The notes under the pieces were generated by a model that did no database searches, had not been told where the DNA came from, and saw only the letters and a list, made by a program, of their open reading frames with translations. A stretch of DNA of 64,000 nt. Origin: Diadema antillarum. Taxonomy: Eukaryota. Of this stretch, positions 1-14,100 are shown piece after piece. The number at the start of each line of letters is the position of its first letter. Positions within the stretch are counted from its first letter, which is position 1. Both the position numbers and the translations under genes were made by a program. The stretch lies in assembly GCF_040938485.1 (NCBI RefSeq), contig NW_027271682.1:3906001-3970000 (forward strand), in the 5' to 3' direction.

Positions 1-292
1 AGGCTGCCCCTTCCTTGGAGCTATCGGTGGCAAGGGATTAGTCTTCTGGCCTGGCCTTCTGGCTGAAGAGGAGATCGGCTGCTTGTTGGCACTACTGCGG
101 GACTCTCTCTGCGGTTTGGCTTCCTGCTCCTCGTTCTCTATTCTCTTCAGTTCAGCTTTCAGTCTCTTGTTGAGCTCTAGAGCTTCTTCCAGCAGGCTCT
201 CTGTTTCATCCTCATCCAGTTCAATATTCTCGAGTCTCTGGCAAATGTCACCAGGTAGTTGGATTCCTGCAGTAGCCTCTTCTTCTTGACAC
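1..292 (-). CDS. Coding exon of an unidentified gene, divergent from the FATP array; truncated by the window edge
   Basis: Minus-strand frame is open from 292 to 1: CQEEEATAGIQLPGDICQRLENIELDEDETESLLEEALELNKRLKAELKRIENEEQEAKPQRESRSSANKQPISSSARRPGQKTNPLPPIAPRKGQP. A pyrimidine tract and AG precede it (ttttggctttgtctgaattttaacttcttc...aacaag|) and an in-frame TAA lies just upstream. It has no ATG, so it is absent from the ORF track. Confidence 0.6.
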
Positions 293-2395
293 CTTGTTTA
301 TATCGGTATAGAAGAAGTTAAAATTCAGACAAAGCCAAAAGGTTATCACTTGCCATCCATATTAAAATGTGTAGGCTATACATACATATTCATGTATGCA
401 TATCAAGTGTTGAATATCATTATATCATGACTAATTAGAGTTGACAACAAATCAAATGACAACAATAAGTATACAAATAGTGAATGGTCACAAGTGCGAT
501 GGTACAAGATTTCGCATGAGATGAAAGATAGAGATGCTCTATTCAACAAGGTGAAGCCAAGTTTGTATAGTGTGCCTCATCTTTCACCGGGAGCAAAATC
601 TTGTTCATTGCCTTGGAATTGCACAAGACTAATTTACACTAGCTAGACCTATTTGTTTTATAATATCCTTGGACGTCATGGACATTAACAGATGTGGTCC
701 ACACAGGTTTTTGAATTTAGCAGAGAAATGGCATCTATCTTCCTTGAAAGACAACTGAGTAGCAGTCACAGTCAACCCTGTATGGTAGCTGTACTTCACA
801 TCGACCACCCTTTTTTAAACCGATCGCGTAGTTTTTGTGCACAGAACGCTTAGTACGCACTGCACTGAGCACAGAGCACATAAAAATGTATTGGCTTTGA
901 CCGTTGATGAGGATGTGTGGGAAAACACAAAAATTCACTGTTCATTAATGGTGTTAATCCAGGACAAAATTTCGAATGAATATTTTTACCGAATCGTAAT
1001 GTAATGTCAATGCATTTTCTAAAAAGTTTCGTACAACACGGTGTTCAATACAACTCAATTTATGTGCATTGTCAATGCAAAAACAGCGGTCAATCTAAAA
1101 AAGGAGTGGCAAAACGGGGAGCTGAAAAGAGGCCACTCAAGTTTGACGGCGATATTTTTGCCCTGAAAGTAAAACTTCGAATTGAAAAGGGAACAGCATT
1201 TGATAGTCCTGGATTTTCTCAATCATGTAGGTCAAGTTTTTACGTGAATTTCAGTGTTAGATATTCTTATCAAGCAAATGGAAATTAGGCGGTCGACGAG
1301 TAGTAGGTCCAACCATACATGTCGTACCGGTAGGCGCCGGTACATAACATTGTAGATCTAAAAATTTACAGTACACCAGATATGCCAACCTTCAAAAAGC
1401 AAAAACAACAGTATTTTGACCCCCCAAAAAAAGTATTTTGTAAGAAATAATGAAGGCGAAGGGAGCGAAGCGACCGAGCCGGGGGCGGGGGGAGGGAGGG
1501 TGTAGGACTAGGAGGGCCGAGGGGGGTCTCCCCCTCCCACGCCACAGTAAGGAGATTTTTCAATTTGAGGGTTCAGAATCATACAAGCTGGTGGCACTGG
1601 TGCATTCTCTGGTAAGATGATCCCATATCTAACATAACACATAAATCAAACCAGAAAAAAAAAGCAGAAACCCGCACAAGCGCATATAATTTACATGTCT
1701 TAAAAAGATGCAACACTGAGCCTCTGTGCCCTGAGATGAGGGGATGGATGAGCTGACAAATGGATACCGAAGATGAACTAACACAAACATAAACGTGTGG
1801 GACTACGCTCAGTGTCAGTCAGAGCAGCAATTTTCAAAGACAATCTGAGGACACAAAATTCATAATTAAAATTTCTAAAACGCTAAAACTCACTGTTCCG
1901 CCATTCTGGCCAAGTTATAATTTGCTTTTAGAGTGAAATGTACGTGGTACGTGCAAATTCACGACTCCAATCATGATCGCATCACTACGACCAAGCTTCC
2001 TTAGTAACTTTATTTCATCCTCGCTCATTATTATCATGTTTGATAAAAGTATTTGGGGGTTAAAAATAAATTTAAGGGAATTTTTCAAAATAACAAAACT
2101 ACAACAGATTTATTTTTATTTTGAAAAAAATGAAAATGAAATTACTTTGAATTAAACGCTTTTTATCTTTGCAAAGTAAGTGTCGGTCATATTGGTATTA
2201 TGTGAATGGTTACATTCCAAGGCAGACTGTACTAGTATGTTTCTGTTTTCGGGGTATTTTTTTATAAGTCTCTCATATCTTCCCTCGCATCCGCTATAGT
2301 TTTTGAATTTTTGTAATGCTCCAGCATTTTGAAGTAATGAACAATTGCATACAAATGATTGAACTTATGTATCTTGATTGATGATGTTTATGAAT

Positions 2396-2397
<2 letters not shown>

Positions 2398-2436
<39 letters not shown>
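2398..2436. repeat. Poly-T tract
   Basis: About 39 consecutive t. Confidence 0.95.
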
Positions 2437-2438
<2 letters not shown>

Positions 2439-3672
2439 GCGGACTCCCGCTTTCCCTTTCACTCCCACCCTCATTTCTGCCTCTATAATCCATATCAGTA
2501 CCTCTGTCCTTCTTCCCTTCCTCACTTCCTCTCGAGTCCATAATCTAGCTATCCTGGCTAAATATGATGTGTTCATAATGGAAATGCTTTTTGTAATCTT
2601 ATGATTATTTTATCTGTATTGTGTATGTGTTATATTTTTTGTAACATCGTGCAATTCAGTCTCTGACTGCAATATGCGATTGAAATAAAACCATTATCGA
2701 ATTGAATTGAGTGTTGGTTAGCTGACCTTGACATCCCCCACTCCACAGAAATAAACATTATTTTATAAACAAATATAGTTCTGTGCCCTACCCCCGGGAA
2801 TGTCAAGGTCGATGGGGGACGGGAGGGTGGCAAGATACCTCTCCCATGTTAGAGGGAGGGTTTTTTCTTTTTCTTTTTCTTTTTTTGCATTTTTAGAATT
2901 GAAATTCAACAATCTGGCGCACACTTCTGTCATGTCTGTTGGAATATCTGAAAATTTGTCAAGCAAAGAAGTGAAAGTCTGTGGAAGGAGACATAGCAGG
3001 ATGATGTGGGAGGGGATAAGCCCTATTCTCCCTCCTACATGAGGGAGCTGAGATTCTGTATTTTCTTATTGCAGTTAAACGTTTTTGTGTACACATTTTG
3101 TGGCATATATTTCGAAAACTCGAAAAGGGTTGATTATAAGGGGATATTCCCCTTGTACATGAGGGAACTTTCGATTTTTCGGAAAGTAAGTGATAAGCCT
3201 AAGTCTTGTGCACTCTGAATTATTCAGAATCTTCAGGGGGCGACTGCCCCCATCCCCCCCCCCCCCACCTGCTTTTGCTATACGCCGGTGCTTATAGACG
3301 GGAACTTTATGTAAAGGCGGAATCTTTGGATATTCAAATTCATGAGTGTTTTGATTTCCCCCCCCCCCCGATTTTTTTCTTTTTTTTTTTGTTGTTCCGC
3401 GGCCCCTGACATATTCCTCAGAAACCCCATCAGTTGCAGAGACTCCAGCCCTGCCGTCTTTACAGGGTGGGGGGCACATCCCAATGACAATGCCCTCGCC
3501 AAATCTGCTGACAGAAAAAAAAGTCTCCATATTTTGATATTTTTGGCCACGAATTTGTTCTAGCGACAAATCAAAGGCTTGGCTTCTTTTTCTTTTTTTT
3601 TGCTACGAACATCACATTTTCATTTGCCAGTCCGGGGAGGGGATAAAACCTCCGTGAACCGGCCCCCTAACC

Positions 3673-3974
3673 CAGAGACTCCAACTCTCCCGCTTTCAAC
3701 GGGAGATTTCCCGCCGAAAGCCAATTTTTGCAAAATCTCCTGTTCTCCCGCTTGAGATTTAATTTCTGCCGCTTGAAATGATTTCTTACTCTGTGTCATC
3801 GTATGTTGTAAAATAAGCCTTAGATAGCACGAGATAACATCTAGGACCCTAGAGTTGGATCCCGGCAGCAAGGAACTTCTCGCTTCGCGCACATCAAGTT
3901 GGAGTCTCCCGTTTGCTAGGGGTTTCAGGCGGGAGAATCTCCAGATCAGAAGGTGCTTGGGGTTGGCGTCTCTG
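3673..3974. mobile_element. Short non-autonomous TIR element (MITE)
   Basis: Termini CAGAGACTCCAAC ... GTTGGCGTCTCTG (1 mismatch); no clear TSD. Confidence 0.5.
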
Positions 3975-3980
3975 TCACCC

Positions 3981-4205
3981 CGCGTGTTTTTTTTAGACGG
4001 CGCAGATTGGGGACCCTAAAAATCTACTGGGGATCCTATCCCTAAACCTAACCCTAATCCTAATCCTAATCCTAACCCTAACCATCAAACCCTAACCCCA
4101 ACCCTAACCCTAACCCTAACCCTAACCAAAAACCCTAACCCAACGTTTTTCCCATAGGTTTAACACGCGCCATGCCCCAATCTGTGCCGTCTTAAAAAAA
4201 ACGCG
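3981..4205. mobile_element. MITE with internal telomere-like (CCCTAA)n array
   Basis: About 30-bp inverted ends (cgcgtgttttttttagacggcgcagattgggg / ccccaatctgtgccgtcttaaaaaaaacgcg) enclose degenerate CCCTAA/CCTAAT repeats at about 4040-4141. Confidence 0.7.
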
Positions 4206-4615
4206 CCCCGCACAAGCAAAGTGAAGACTTGCCTGAAAGGTGGGATGGGGGCGTTGTTCGGTCGGAGGCTCGCTCGCTCGCGCCGCGCGCTAGACTTTCC
4301 CACACATGCATGCGGCCACACATAATGCCATCGATACAGACGCCCAGCGCCTACACGCATCTTATGCACAAAGCATTTATGACACCACTCAAATGTGTTG
4401 ATCGTAGACAGACTTCGGGCTACAGCGACAACCCGGGAAACGTACAACCAGACAATTTCGACAGAAAGTTAATCGTGTTTAGCTTCTTTGATTTGCATTG
4501 GACAAGGAGCGTCAAACACTGACTGACTGCTCAACCACACCAACCAACAAATATCCAATAATCAAAACCGGTGATTGTCCGACAGCAGTGCGGTAAGTAC
4601 CGGTACCACTCAACT

Positions 4616-5111
4616 ATGCCGCAATCACCGGGGATCGCTCGGCCAGCCGCGCTGGTCGCTGCCTCTGCGGTTCCTGCCTCGTACTTCTGGCTACGTTGGC
4701 GCTACCCACAGTTCTGGAAAGATGTCAAATTTCTGTCACATCTTGCGAAACTCAAGTCCACTCTCAGGCATGACCTAAGTTCCGATATTACGGTTGTGGA
4801 TCATTTTGAGCGTCACACACAGGCTAATCCTTCGCACCCCTGCATTCTGTTCGAGAAACAGGCTTACTCTTACGGAGATGTACAAACCAATGCTAACCGT
4901 GTAGCTCGATGGGTAACTACGGCAGACCCAAACCTGCGTAAAGGGGATGCGGTTTGCATACTCATGCAGAACAGTCCTGTTTTGGTCTGGACATGGCTTG
5001 GTTTCTTAAAGAAGGGCATTATCACCAGCATGCTCAACTTCAACTTGAAAAGCACAGCTCTCCTACACTGTATTAAAGTTAGTGAAGCCAAGAAGCTTGT
5101 ATTTGGAACAG
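4616..5111 (+). CDS. FATP paralogue 1 exon 1
   Basis: [10 protein letters not shown]...[11 protein letters not shown]...HPCILFE...KKLVFGT; donor G|GTGAG. Confidence 0.9.
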
Positions 5112-8100
5112 GTGAGATGCCTTCTGTTGTTCTTCACTCCTTCGTGTTAGTGACATTTAAATTTATTTAAATTTGTTTATCAGTATCACTGTAACACTAA
5201 CAGTTGTGATGTTTTCATTAACTTACCTGTAAAGTAGAGTTGTATTATGAAACCTAGTCTGATATCTGGCATATACAGTCAGATATTAAACACTTTACAC
5301 AGTTATCACAGTAATGCTGCCAAGAGGGGTCAGTGACAGTAGTGCATTCAAGACAATAATGAAAGCAGTCAATGGTCAATTCAATTTGAATTTCAAGATG
5401 TCTGTGGTTGCAGTACAATTTACCAAGATTGAAGACTCCTCCCTGTTTTGTCTGTCACATTTGGTTTGATGTTTTTTGTTCCAGTTTTGCTTTAGTTTAT
5501 TTCTCTTTCCAAGATTCAACTTGTTCAGTGTTGTAGATCATTGTTATCTCAATTTTGTTTTTTGATTTATTTACATATATCAATGATATATTCTTGTTTG
5601 CAGATATGTCCACCTTTCTCCTGTTCCCCTTTTTTATTTCCAGTTCTATGTTGCTTTCACTTTTCAGCTACGGTAGTTTTAATCGTCTTAGACACTCTCA
5701 TTCATATTCTCTTTTAGGTTCAGGATATGCTCTACATTCATCTTTATTTACATGTGCATGTATCCTTCACAGGTTGCCCATCCATGATCTTCTAATAAAA
5801 GGGATAATCACTGACCCTTTCAGGAACCTTCCTTTGTCTCTGCTCACTCCTTTGCTTTCACCCCCTTTCATACCAGATTGGCTCCCTTCTATCAAGACTG
5901 ATCTGCCCCTTGTGTTCCTCTAAGTTTACCTCATGTTTATAGTCCCCACATCTTGGACTTTCCTCTCCAAAACCATATTGTAGACAATCACTGGGACTTG
6001 TTCCCAAAGTAGGGACCCTAGATCAATTGTTTTGGAAGTACATGTATTGCCTGTTTGTTTAATAGTGAGAAATTACCCTTACCCTGTAGTACATGTAATT
6101 TGAAGAGCAAAATCATTGAGTGCTCCATTTGAAAGATACTGCTTGTCAAGGGTCATGGAGTACATGCAAGTCTGTCTCATCTCTTAGAGACGATGTGATT
6201 TCACCCTTGCAGAGTTTCTTGGCCTGGTGCAAGAACTGCTGCCAGAGCTCCGGGCGCTCAACATCGAGCTGTGGATGGTGAACGATTTCCAGGTGTACGG
6301 GGTGGCCCCACCCGTGGGCGTCGTCCCCATGGATCTGTCAACGATGTCCGGTGAACCGTTTCCAAGCGAGCCTATGAGACTGGAGGAGACTGCTGCATAC
6401 ATCTTCACTTCTGGCACCACAGGTATTTAAAACTGACAAAATGTCTCAGTTTCTATTTTTTAAAGCAGTTGGAGATTTGTAGAATATGGCATGCATGATT
6501 TTAGTTACAGCTTTGGTTGTTAAAAAAAGAATGAGTTCTTTGCATTGTGCTCCCCAAATATGCATGTGGTTTAAGTGAATGCTGCAATATCAGTAGAACA
6601 CATCAGTGAAAGTGAGAAAAATTGGACAATCCGTTGAAAAGTTTTGAACTTTTAAAGTTTTGGTGCCACCAAGCTGGATGAGAAGACTTTAACTGTCTGT
6701 TATGTCACAGCTGAACAAAGATATTTAAAAAAATGCAAAGAGAATTTTAAAAGATTAGCATAATGAAAGAACAAGTGGTGACCTTCTTTCAGAATGCAGA
6801 AGAAATTACATTACCCTTACCTGTTGAGGATGAGCCGTGAGTATACTCGTGCAAGTGTCTACACTTGTATGGGATAAAAACAATGTGTACTTTTCATTAA
6901 AAAAAGACATTTTTTGGAATTTTCATCATATTTCTTTTATATTGTTGTTTTGCAGTAATAAGAAGAACTGTTGTAGTCTTCTCGTCCTGCATTGTGTTGT
7001 TGTCACACAACATTCTGAGCATAACATTTTACTCATGTATACATGGGGAGCTATCATCCTTTAGAACATGTTTCTGTGATACCAAGCTGATAAATCAATT
7101 GGGGGTGGGGGGGGGGGGGAGGTGAAGTGCCCTCACTTGCGCATAGACAATTTTCTCTTTAAATTCATGTTTGTACGACAATGACAAAGATTTACATTGT
7201 ATCTAAGGTATGGCCATTGCAGATTTGATTAGAAAGTTTTGTTATCTTTCAATGCCCAGGGTTGCCAAAACCAGCTACAGTTCCACACAGGAAGATCATC
7301 CGAGGGGTTGCCATGCATTTCTTCTCTGGGCTGACCCCAGATGATGTGTACTATGTTACCCTGCCACTCTACCACTCAGCTGGACTGGTTCTAGGTTTGT
7401 CCAGCATGTGGTACTATGGTAAGCATGTCTGATGCTTTATGCATTTGATTTATTTCTACAGGTATCTGCATGCTGTAGCCATTTGTTGTGGTACACAGGT
7501 GACTCCAGTTACACCAAAGTCATCAGGACCAGCAGTTTTCTTTCATTATATCAAAGTTTCATTATAGCTGAGCAAACAAAGCATTTAGAGATAAGTAGAT
7601 TATTTATTTTTGGGATGTTAAGATTGACTTTGTAGTAACAAAATTTTGTTATAACCATGTTCGTTATATGGAGAGTGCACTGTAATTATCTCAAGTCTTA
7701 ATATCTTTTATGTGGTGATTATTAAAGTTACCTACTGTACTACCCCAAGAAAACTTATACTCTTAAGTCCTGTCTAGATGCAACTCAGCTCAATGAAAAC
7801 CCAACCACAAACATGGGCAATGATATGGAATGAAAAATAAAAATAAATCCAAGAGCTATAGAACAGAAGGGTGGGGTTGGAGGGGGGGGGGGGGGGGGAG
7901 GGGTTGAACAAGAACAACTCTGAACTATCAACCTTTTTCAATCAATATTGCCAAGTACCAGGCTTGCTGTCAGGTGAATGTGCTACCTGTAGCAAGCAAC
8001 ATTCATAGGAATTACGTGATTTTTCATTTACACCACAATTGCTTATCTTATTGACTTTATGATTGTACAAATGACCTTTTTCTTCCCATAACACATAATA

Positions 8101-11100
8101 TGCAAAGCAAAAGTGCAAACTGGCTTAACAGAAAAAATGAAAATTGAAACTAATGTAAGAGTACTTCTTATGCTGCATATAGGTGCTACCGTCGCTCTTG
8201 CCAAGAAGTTTTCTGCCAGCCACTTTTGGGATGATATTCGGAGGCACAACGTGACAGGCTTCCAGTACATCGGCGAGCTGTGCAGATACCTGTTGGCACA
8301 ACCAAGGGTTAGTACATGTTTTTTTTTTTTTCATTGTGTTGATACTTATAATGATTTTACGTCAATATTACCAGTAAGTTATTCATGTAATGTCGTATAG
8401 TGACCACCCAGCTCAAAACCGACAAAAAGTTGCAGGTTTGGATGCACTCGGCTGTGCCTCATGCATGCCACACAATTGTAAATACCATTAAGTGCGTTGC
8501 ATCTCCACTAATGCTCTTGCACAACTGTGCACTACATGTATTTGTATATTAATTCAAGAAAACAGAGGATTTCAATTCCTCTGACCACTCTCTGAAGCCA
8601 TCATTTTCTGCGGAAAAATTTGAATGAACACTGGTATCATTCAATAGAATAGTTTCTGCACAACGCTTTTTTGAATGTAATATACTTTGTCAATATTGTG
8701 TGCAGATCTCATTTCCAAATTCATATTATCATTGTCAATCCCAGTGCACATTGAAGAAGACAGGAGCTGCAAGAGCACAAAACATTGTTCTTTCAAATCT
8801 TGAGCACTACATTTGTAATCCACGTTCTATGGTAGTTGAGTGTGTAACGTGATGAGCAAAATTTCAAAGACCTGTGCAATGTATGTCAACTTTTCATTGT
8901 AGGCTCAGCTGTAGTTTGGAAAGATAAAACTGCTTTCTCTTGTGTAAAGAGATTACTGTAAATCATGATATACTCGCGGCATGAAATTTTCGTGAATTGG
9001 AGCCGACAGCCTTTTTCGCAGCATGAAATTTTCGCGAATTGCCTTTGGCATTCAATGCACATATATACAATGTAGTGTAGGTACACATGTAAGAACTTTC
9101 ATGTGCATTTGAATTTCACGAATCTTGGCTCTCGCGAAATTCGCGAAATTAAGATGCATGCAGACATTCGCGCAATTAAAATGCATGCAGACATTCCTCG
9201 TTTTACAGTATGTGTGTATCTCATCAAGGGTCAAAGCAACCACAATGCTGTTATTGAAAGAATATTGTTTGACTTGTCAGAGAGCTTCAGAATTAGGCAA
9301 GAAAATTTTATGTGTGACTCTCTAGGTAGATTATGGGATAGATTTAAACCTTTTGCATTTCTTTCAAGCAAAGTAGTTCAGTCGTTCAAAATGTCAGCTA
9401 AATATGATAATGAAATAAGACTGCCTTCATACCGGGGTTGTTTAGAACCCTGTGTATATGGATTTTACACATGTATGTGTGTGTATTCACATGGACAGTG
9501 TGAAAAAGCTTAGGTCAATATTGAAGCGTAAGTCAATGAGACACTTGTGTGGATAATGATCAGATTACAGGCCTAGCGAATAAAGTGCTTGAAAAGTTCA
9601 AAAACCCTCTTCAGCGTTTTGTCGATTCTAATTCTTTTAAAATACTTCAAATACATACGTAGTGTAAGTGGTATTGCACGCTTTCTTTTGTAGCTTAAAG
9701 TTTGGAATTTGTATGTCTCTGTCAATTGCACAGTTACACTTCATGTGGTTGTTTTGAATTGTTATTTCACTAGCTCTGTGCCTTGAAAAATATATCAAAT
9801 GTGTGTGCTGAGGGTAGATACATTGTTACGCATTGATGCATCATGCATGTGGTACTAGTGCTCTGTGGCCCTGACCAAGAGATGTATATCAGCTTTACAT
9901 GCAGACAAGAATCAGAGTGAAGGTCGAGAAGGGGTCGTTTGACTCCAGTGTCACATTTGGGTTATCTCTAGAGTCAACAAGGTGGTCCATGCCCAATATC
10001 AGACCAGGAGCAAAGTCTGTGTGATACACCAATTAATTAGCTGGTTTTTACTAATGGGGATGAGGCTTTAGAGTAACTGCAGTGCACTTGTTGCAAGATA
10101 AGATACTTTGATATTTCAGTCCTTTGCTTTCTTTAGTACCATATTTCTAAAATGTCTTATGAAGTGATTTTTTTTCTTTTGTCAGTTGTTTTGTTAATTA
10201 AACAAACATTAATGAGGGATGCAGTCTGGTAATAGTCAAAAGAAAATCCTGGATATTGAAGACTAACTTTTAGGTGATTATAACACAAGAAGATGATACT
10301 TGTGAATGAACAGCTGTGTTATATGTTGAACATTTTTTACCATCATGGGTATGCTGTCATAATTGCTTTGTGTGTGTGTCTATGTGTGTGTGAAATTGTC
10401 TTCTATTAGCACTCCTCTTGTCTTTTAATTTTGATTGTTTGACGAAAGATATTTACTTTAGAAATTATTTGAGACTTTTGACTGTACAGAGGTCTTGCTT
10501 TCTGACTCCATGTACTGTACTCCATCTGAGAAAACTGAATACAGTACACTCCCTTTATAATGAACCAGTTATAAAGACCCACTTGGGACTGAGGTCTGGG
10601 GACATGTTATATCTGGAGTTGACCATAATAGTTCCAGCAGATCTTGACATTAGGTTGTCTTTCAAATCATCCTCAAACTATATTCAATCATGAATGCAGA
10701 TCACAAATCTATGATCCTATTTGCTTTATTAGCTCACCTGAGTCAAAGGCTCAAGTGAGCTATTGCGATTGCTCTTTGTCTGGCGTCCGTCGTCCAGCGT
10801 CCTGCGTCGTCCTTCGTGCGTAAACTTTTTACATTTTTATCTTCTTCTTGAGAACCCCATGACCGATTTTCACCAAACTTGGCAGGTAGCATCCCTAGGG
10901 GGATAGGATCTCAATTTGTTCAAATGGGCACCATGGCCCACCTGGGGGGCCCCAGGGGGGGGGGGGGGGCAAACCCCATAAAATTAAGGAATATTTAAAA
11001 ATCTTCCTCTCTAGAACCAGAAGTGATAGGAGTTAGTAAATACTATGAGTTAGTACATTGTTGACTGTAGTTTCAAGTTTGTTCATGGGGGAATCAGGGG

Positions 11101-14100
11101 TGCCCCCCTTGGGACCCAGGGGACGGGGGTGGGGAGGGGTTCTAATGAGGCCTAAATTGTACATTTTCATCTTCACTTTGAGATCCCCATGTCTGATTTT
11201 CACCAAACTTGGTAGGTAGCATCCCTAGGGGGATAGATCTCAATGTGTTCAAATGGGAACCATGGCCCACCTGGGGGGCCCCCAGGGGGGCCCAAACCCC
11301 CTAAAATTAAGGAATCTTTAAAAATCTTCTCTAGAACTAGAAGTGATAGGGCTTAGATAATACTATGAGTTAGTACATTGATGACTGTAGATTCAAGTTT
11401 GTTCATGGGATTTGGGGAATCAGTGGTGCCCCCCCCCCCCCCCCCCCTTGGGACCCAGGAGAGGGGATGGAGATGGGTCCTGATGGGGCCTGAATTGTAC
11501 ATGTTCATCTTTTTCTTGAAAACCTCATGATGAATTTTGACCAAACTTAGCAGGTAGCATCCCTAGAATCTCAATTCCTTCAAATGGGCACCATGTCCCT
11601 TTTGGGGGGGCCCCCTAGCCCCCCCCCCCCCCCCCACACACATTAAGGAATATTTAAAATCTTCTACTCTAGAACCAGAAATGATAAAGCAAAGTTAATA
11701 CCATGAGTTTGTACATTGATGACTTTAGTTCCAAGTTTGTTCATTGCAGAGCCCCCCCCCCGAGAGTTGAGGGGGAGGGGGATCCATATGAAGACCTAAG
11801 TTTTCAATGTTCTCAGGTAAGAGTGTGCAAGAATGCATGGAAGGTGAAATTGCGATACTCAGGTGAGCGCGTGACCCCCGGGTCTCTTGTCTTTGCATTT
11901 ACAATCTTCCACAAAGATCAGGTCAGTAGGTCAGGATTTAATTTTATCTGCATTTCATCAATTGTAGCTATATGCTTCAAACTTGGTATGGTGGCTAGCC
12001 ATGATAAGACAGTTTTACATGTTTAGGTGCTAAATAGCTGCTGTAGAAGTGCAAGATTGAAGGTCAATGAGTTTTAGCTTCAGAAAATTTAATGCCTGTC
12101 CTAAGAGATTTAAGTGGTGAAATTTTGTAAGAATAGATCCTTTTCCATTATTCCGTAAGAGCATTTCACAAGTATGATTTTTTTTAGAAGGATTTATAAA
12201 ATCAGGAGACACATTTGCAGTCATAGTTTTAAGTCAGTTCATGAGACAATGTCAAAGACTGGTGCCGTGCTTGTAACTGGCACTGAGTGCACAGCAGGGG
12301 TTACAGTACAATGCAGTGACAGTATTCGACAAGCGGCAGTATTGACCTCATTGTCGGTCAATATCAATTAAACAAACAACACGTGAAGGGATATTTTACT
12401 TGTATTTTGTTTTATTTCCTTATCAATTTCCTTTGTAAGTATGAAACATGACAATGCCATACGGTACATATAATGATGATGTTAGTAAATTGGTTATAAC
12501 TGTGTATATCCCTAGAAAGTGCTGTATTTGAGCATATCTCTCTTATCCGGCCAAACCGATTATCCAAACTCCCACTGGTTCCGACCTGGCCCGATAATCA
12601 AGGTTTTACTGTACCTTGATTTGATCACAGTGTGGCAGTCAGTGGCATAATGATTATCACTTGACACTTTGATGTCCATGGTTGTATTCTGATCATCCAC
12701 ATAAATTTTGCCCCCTCTCTTCTGTTCAGCGCATGGATGATGGCAAGTACCCGCAGAGATTGAAGGTTGCCTGTGGAAACGGACTGCGTCCAGAAATCTG
12801 GGAGGAGTTTCAGAAACGCTTCAACATCGATAAGATCATCGAGGTGTATGCGGCCACGGAGGGAAACTTTGGCTTCATTAACTTTGAAGGGAAGGTGGGG
12901 TCCATCGGGAGGTACCCCTGGATAATGAGGGTAGGTGCTTCTCATTATTTCTTCTCCCACTATGTCTGTAGACAGAAACAGAATGATGAAAACAAACAAA
13001 CAAACAACCCTAGACCCTTTCCCTGACCCTAATCTTAACCTACATCCTGGACCTTATCCTGAGCCTCACCCCCTAACCCTTGCCCTAATTTACTATTACC
13101 TATCACTATCAGTATTTTTATTTATTTTTTATTTTTTATTTTCTTTTGGGGGAGGGGTAATTTTCCTCAGGGGATAATTGTCCTGATACACTTGTGATGA
13201 GTAGTGGTACATACACTGTATACAAATAGCAATATACAGGGTTAATCTTGCTGGTAGGTCTTATGATACTGTATACACTCTTAATAGCAAGTCTAATTTT
13301 TTTGCAAATCAAGACTTTTACACAGTTTCATGTGTGGTGAAATTCATAATCATGGAGTACAGAAATGAATGCAAAAGTGTACTCGTGCGCATTACATCCA
13401 TTTCCCCTTGAGAGTTTATATTTTTACAACGTGTTGCAAAACTTGAGATTAGCGCCTGACTTTTGAAATTTGAGGAAATAAAAACCTCACAGTATATACG
13501 GCATATCTGTATACGGTATTGTATATTTGTAGATTTCTCGAAGGTCAGTGACTAGCTGTAACTGTGTGCATTTCATATGGTTGCTCCATCTCAGAAACTT
13601 CTGGACAACATAGAGCTTGTGGAGTACGACTACGCGTCTGGAGAACCAAGACGGGGCAAGAATGGATTCTGTGTCCCTGTACCAATGGGTTTGTGACGTT
13701 TCCTCACGTACCTTTGATATCTGTTTCTAATCGGTCCTATTGTCAGTTGTCTGCATTGGAATAATTATCGGATTATTAAAGTGCACTAGACATATTCATT
13801 TTCTTCACTGAATGTAAGGAAACTATATGCTAAACTTATGGACATGCCAGCATGTTTATATGTGTTTTAATGGACATGTGAGCTGTAGCAAGAGATTTTT
13901 TTTTTTAATTAAAAAAAAAATTTTTTTTGGGGGGGAATATGACATGGTTTTTACATTCCGTGACTTTCACCACTTTGGAGTCGCAGATTTGCATTAAAGT
14001 TGCCTATTCAGGTAATGTGAAATGCTTTCATATCAGGATATAGAGAGTATGCCAAGAAGATAAAGACTGTTTTTGAGCAGATTCTTAAAGTGAATCACCA

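Noticed and set aside
735-938. Minus-strand 67-aa ORF as an upstream exon of the left-edge gene
   Set aside because: It ends in a stop with no convincing donor and has no recognisable motif; it cannot be linked from sequence alone.
4040-4141. Interstitial telomere or chromosome fusion scar
   Set aside because: The tract is short, degenerate and enclosed by the inverted repeats of a MITE.
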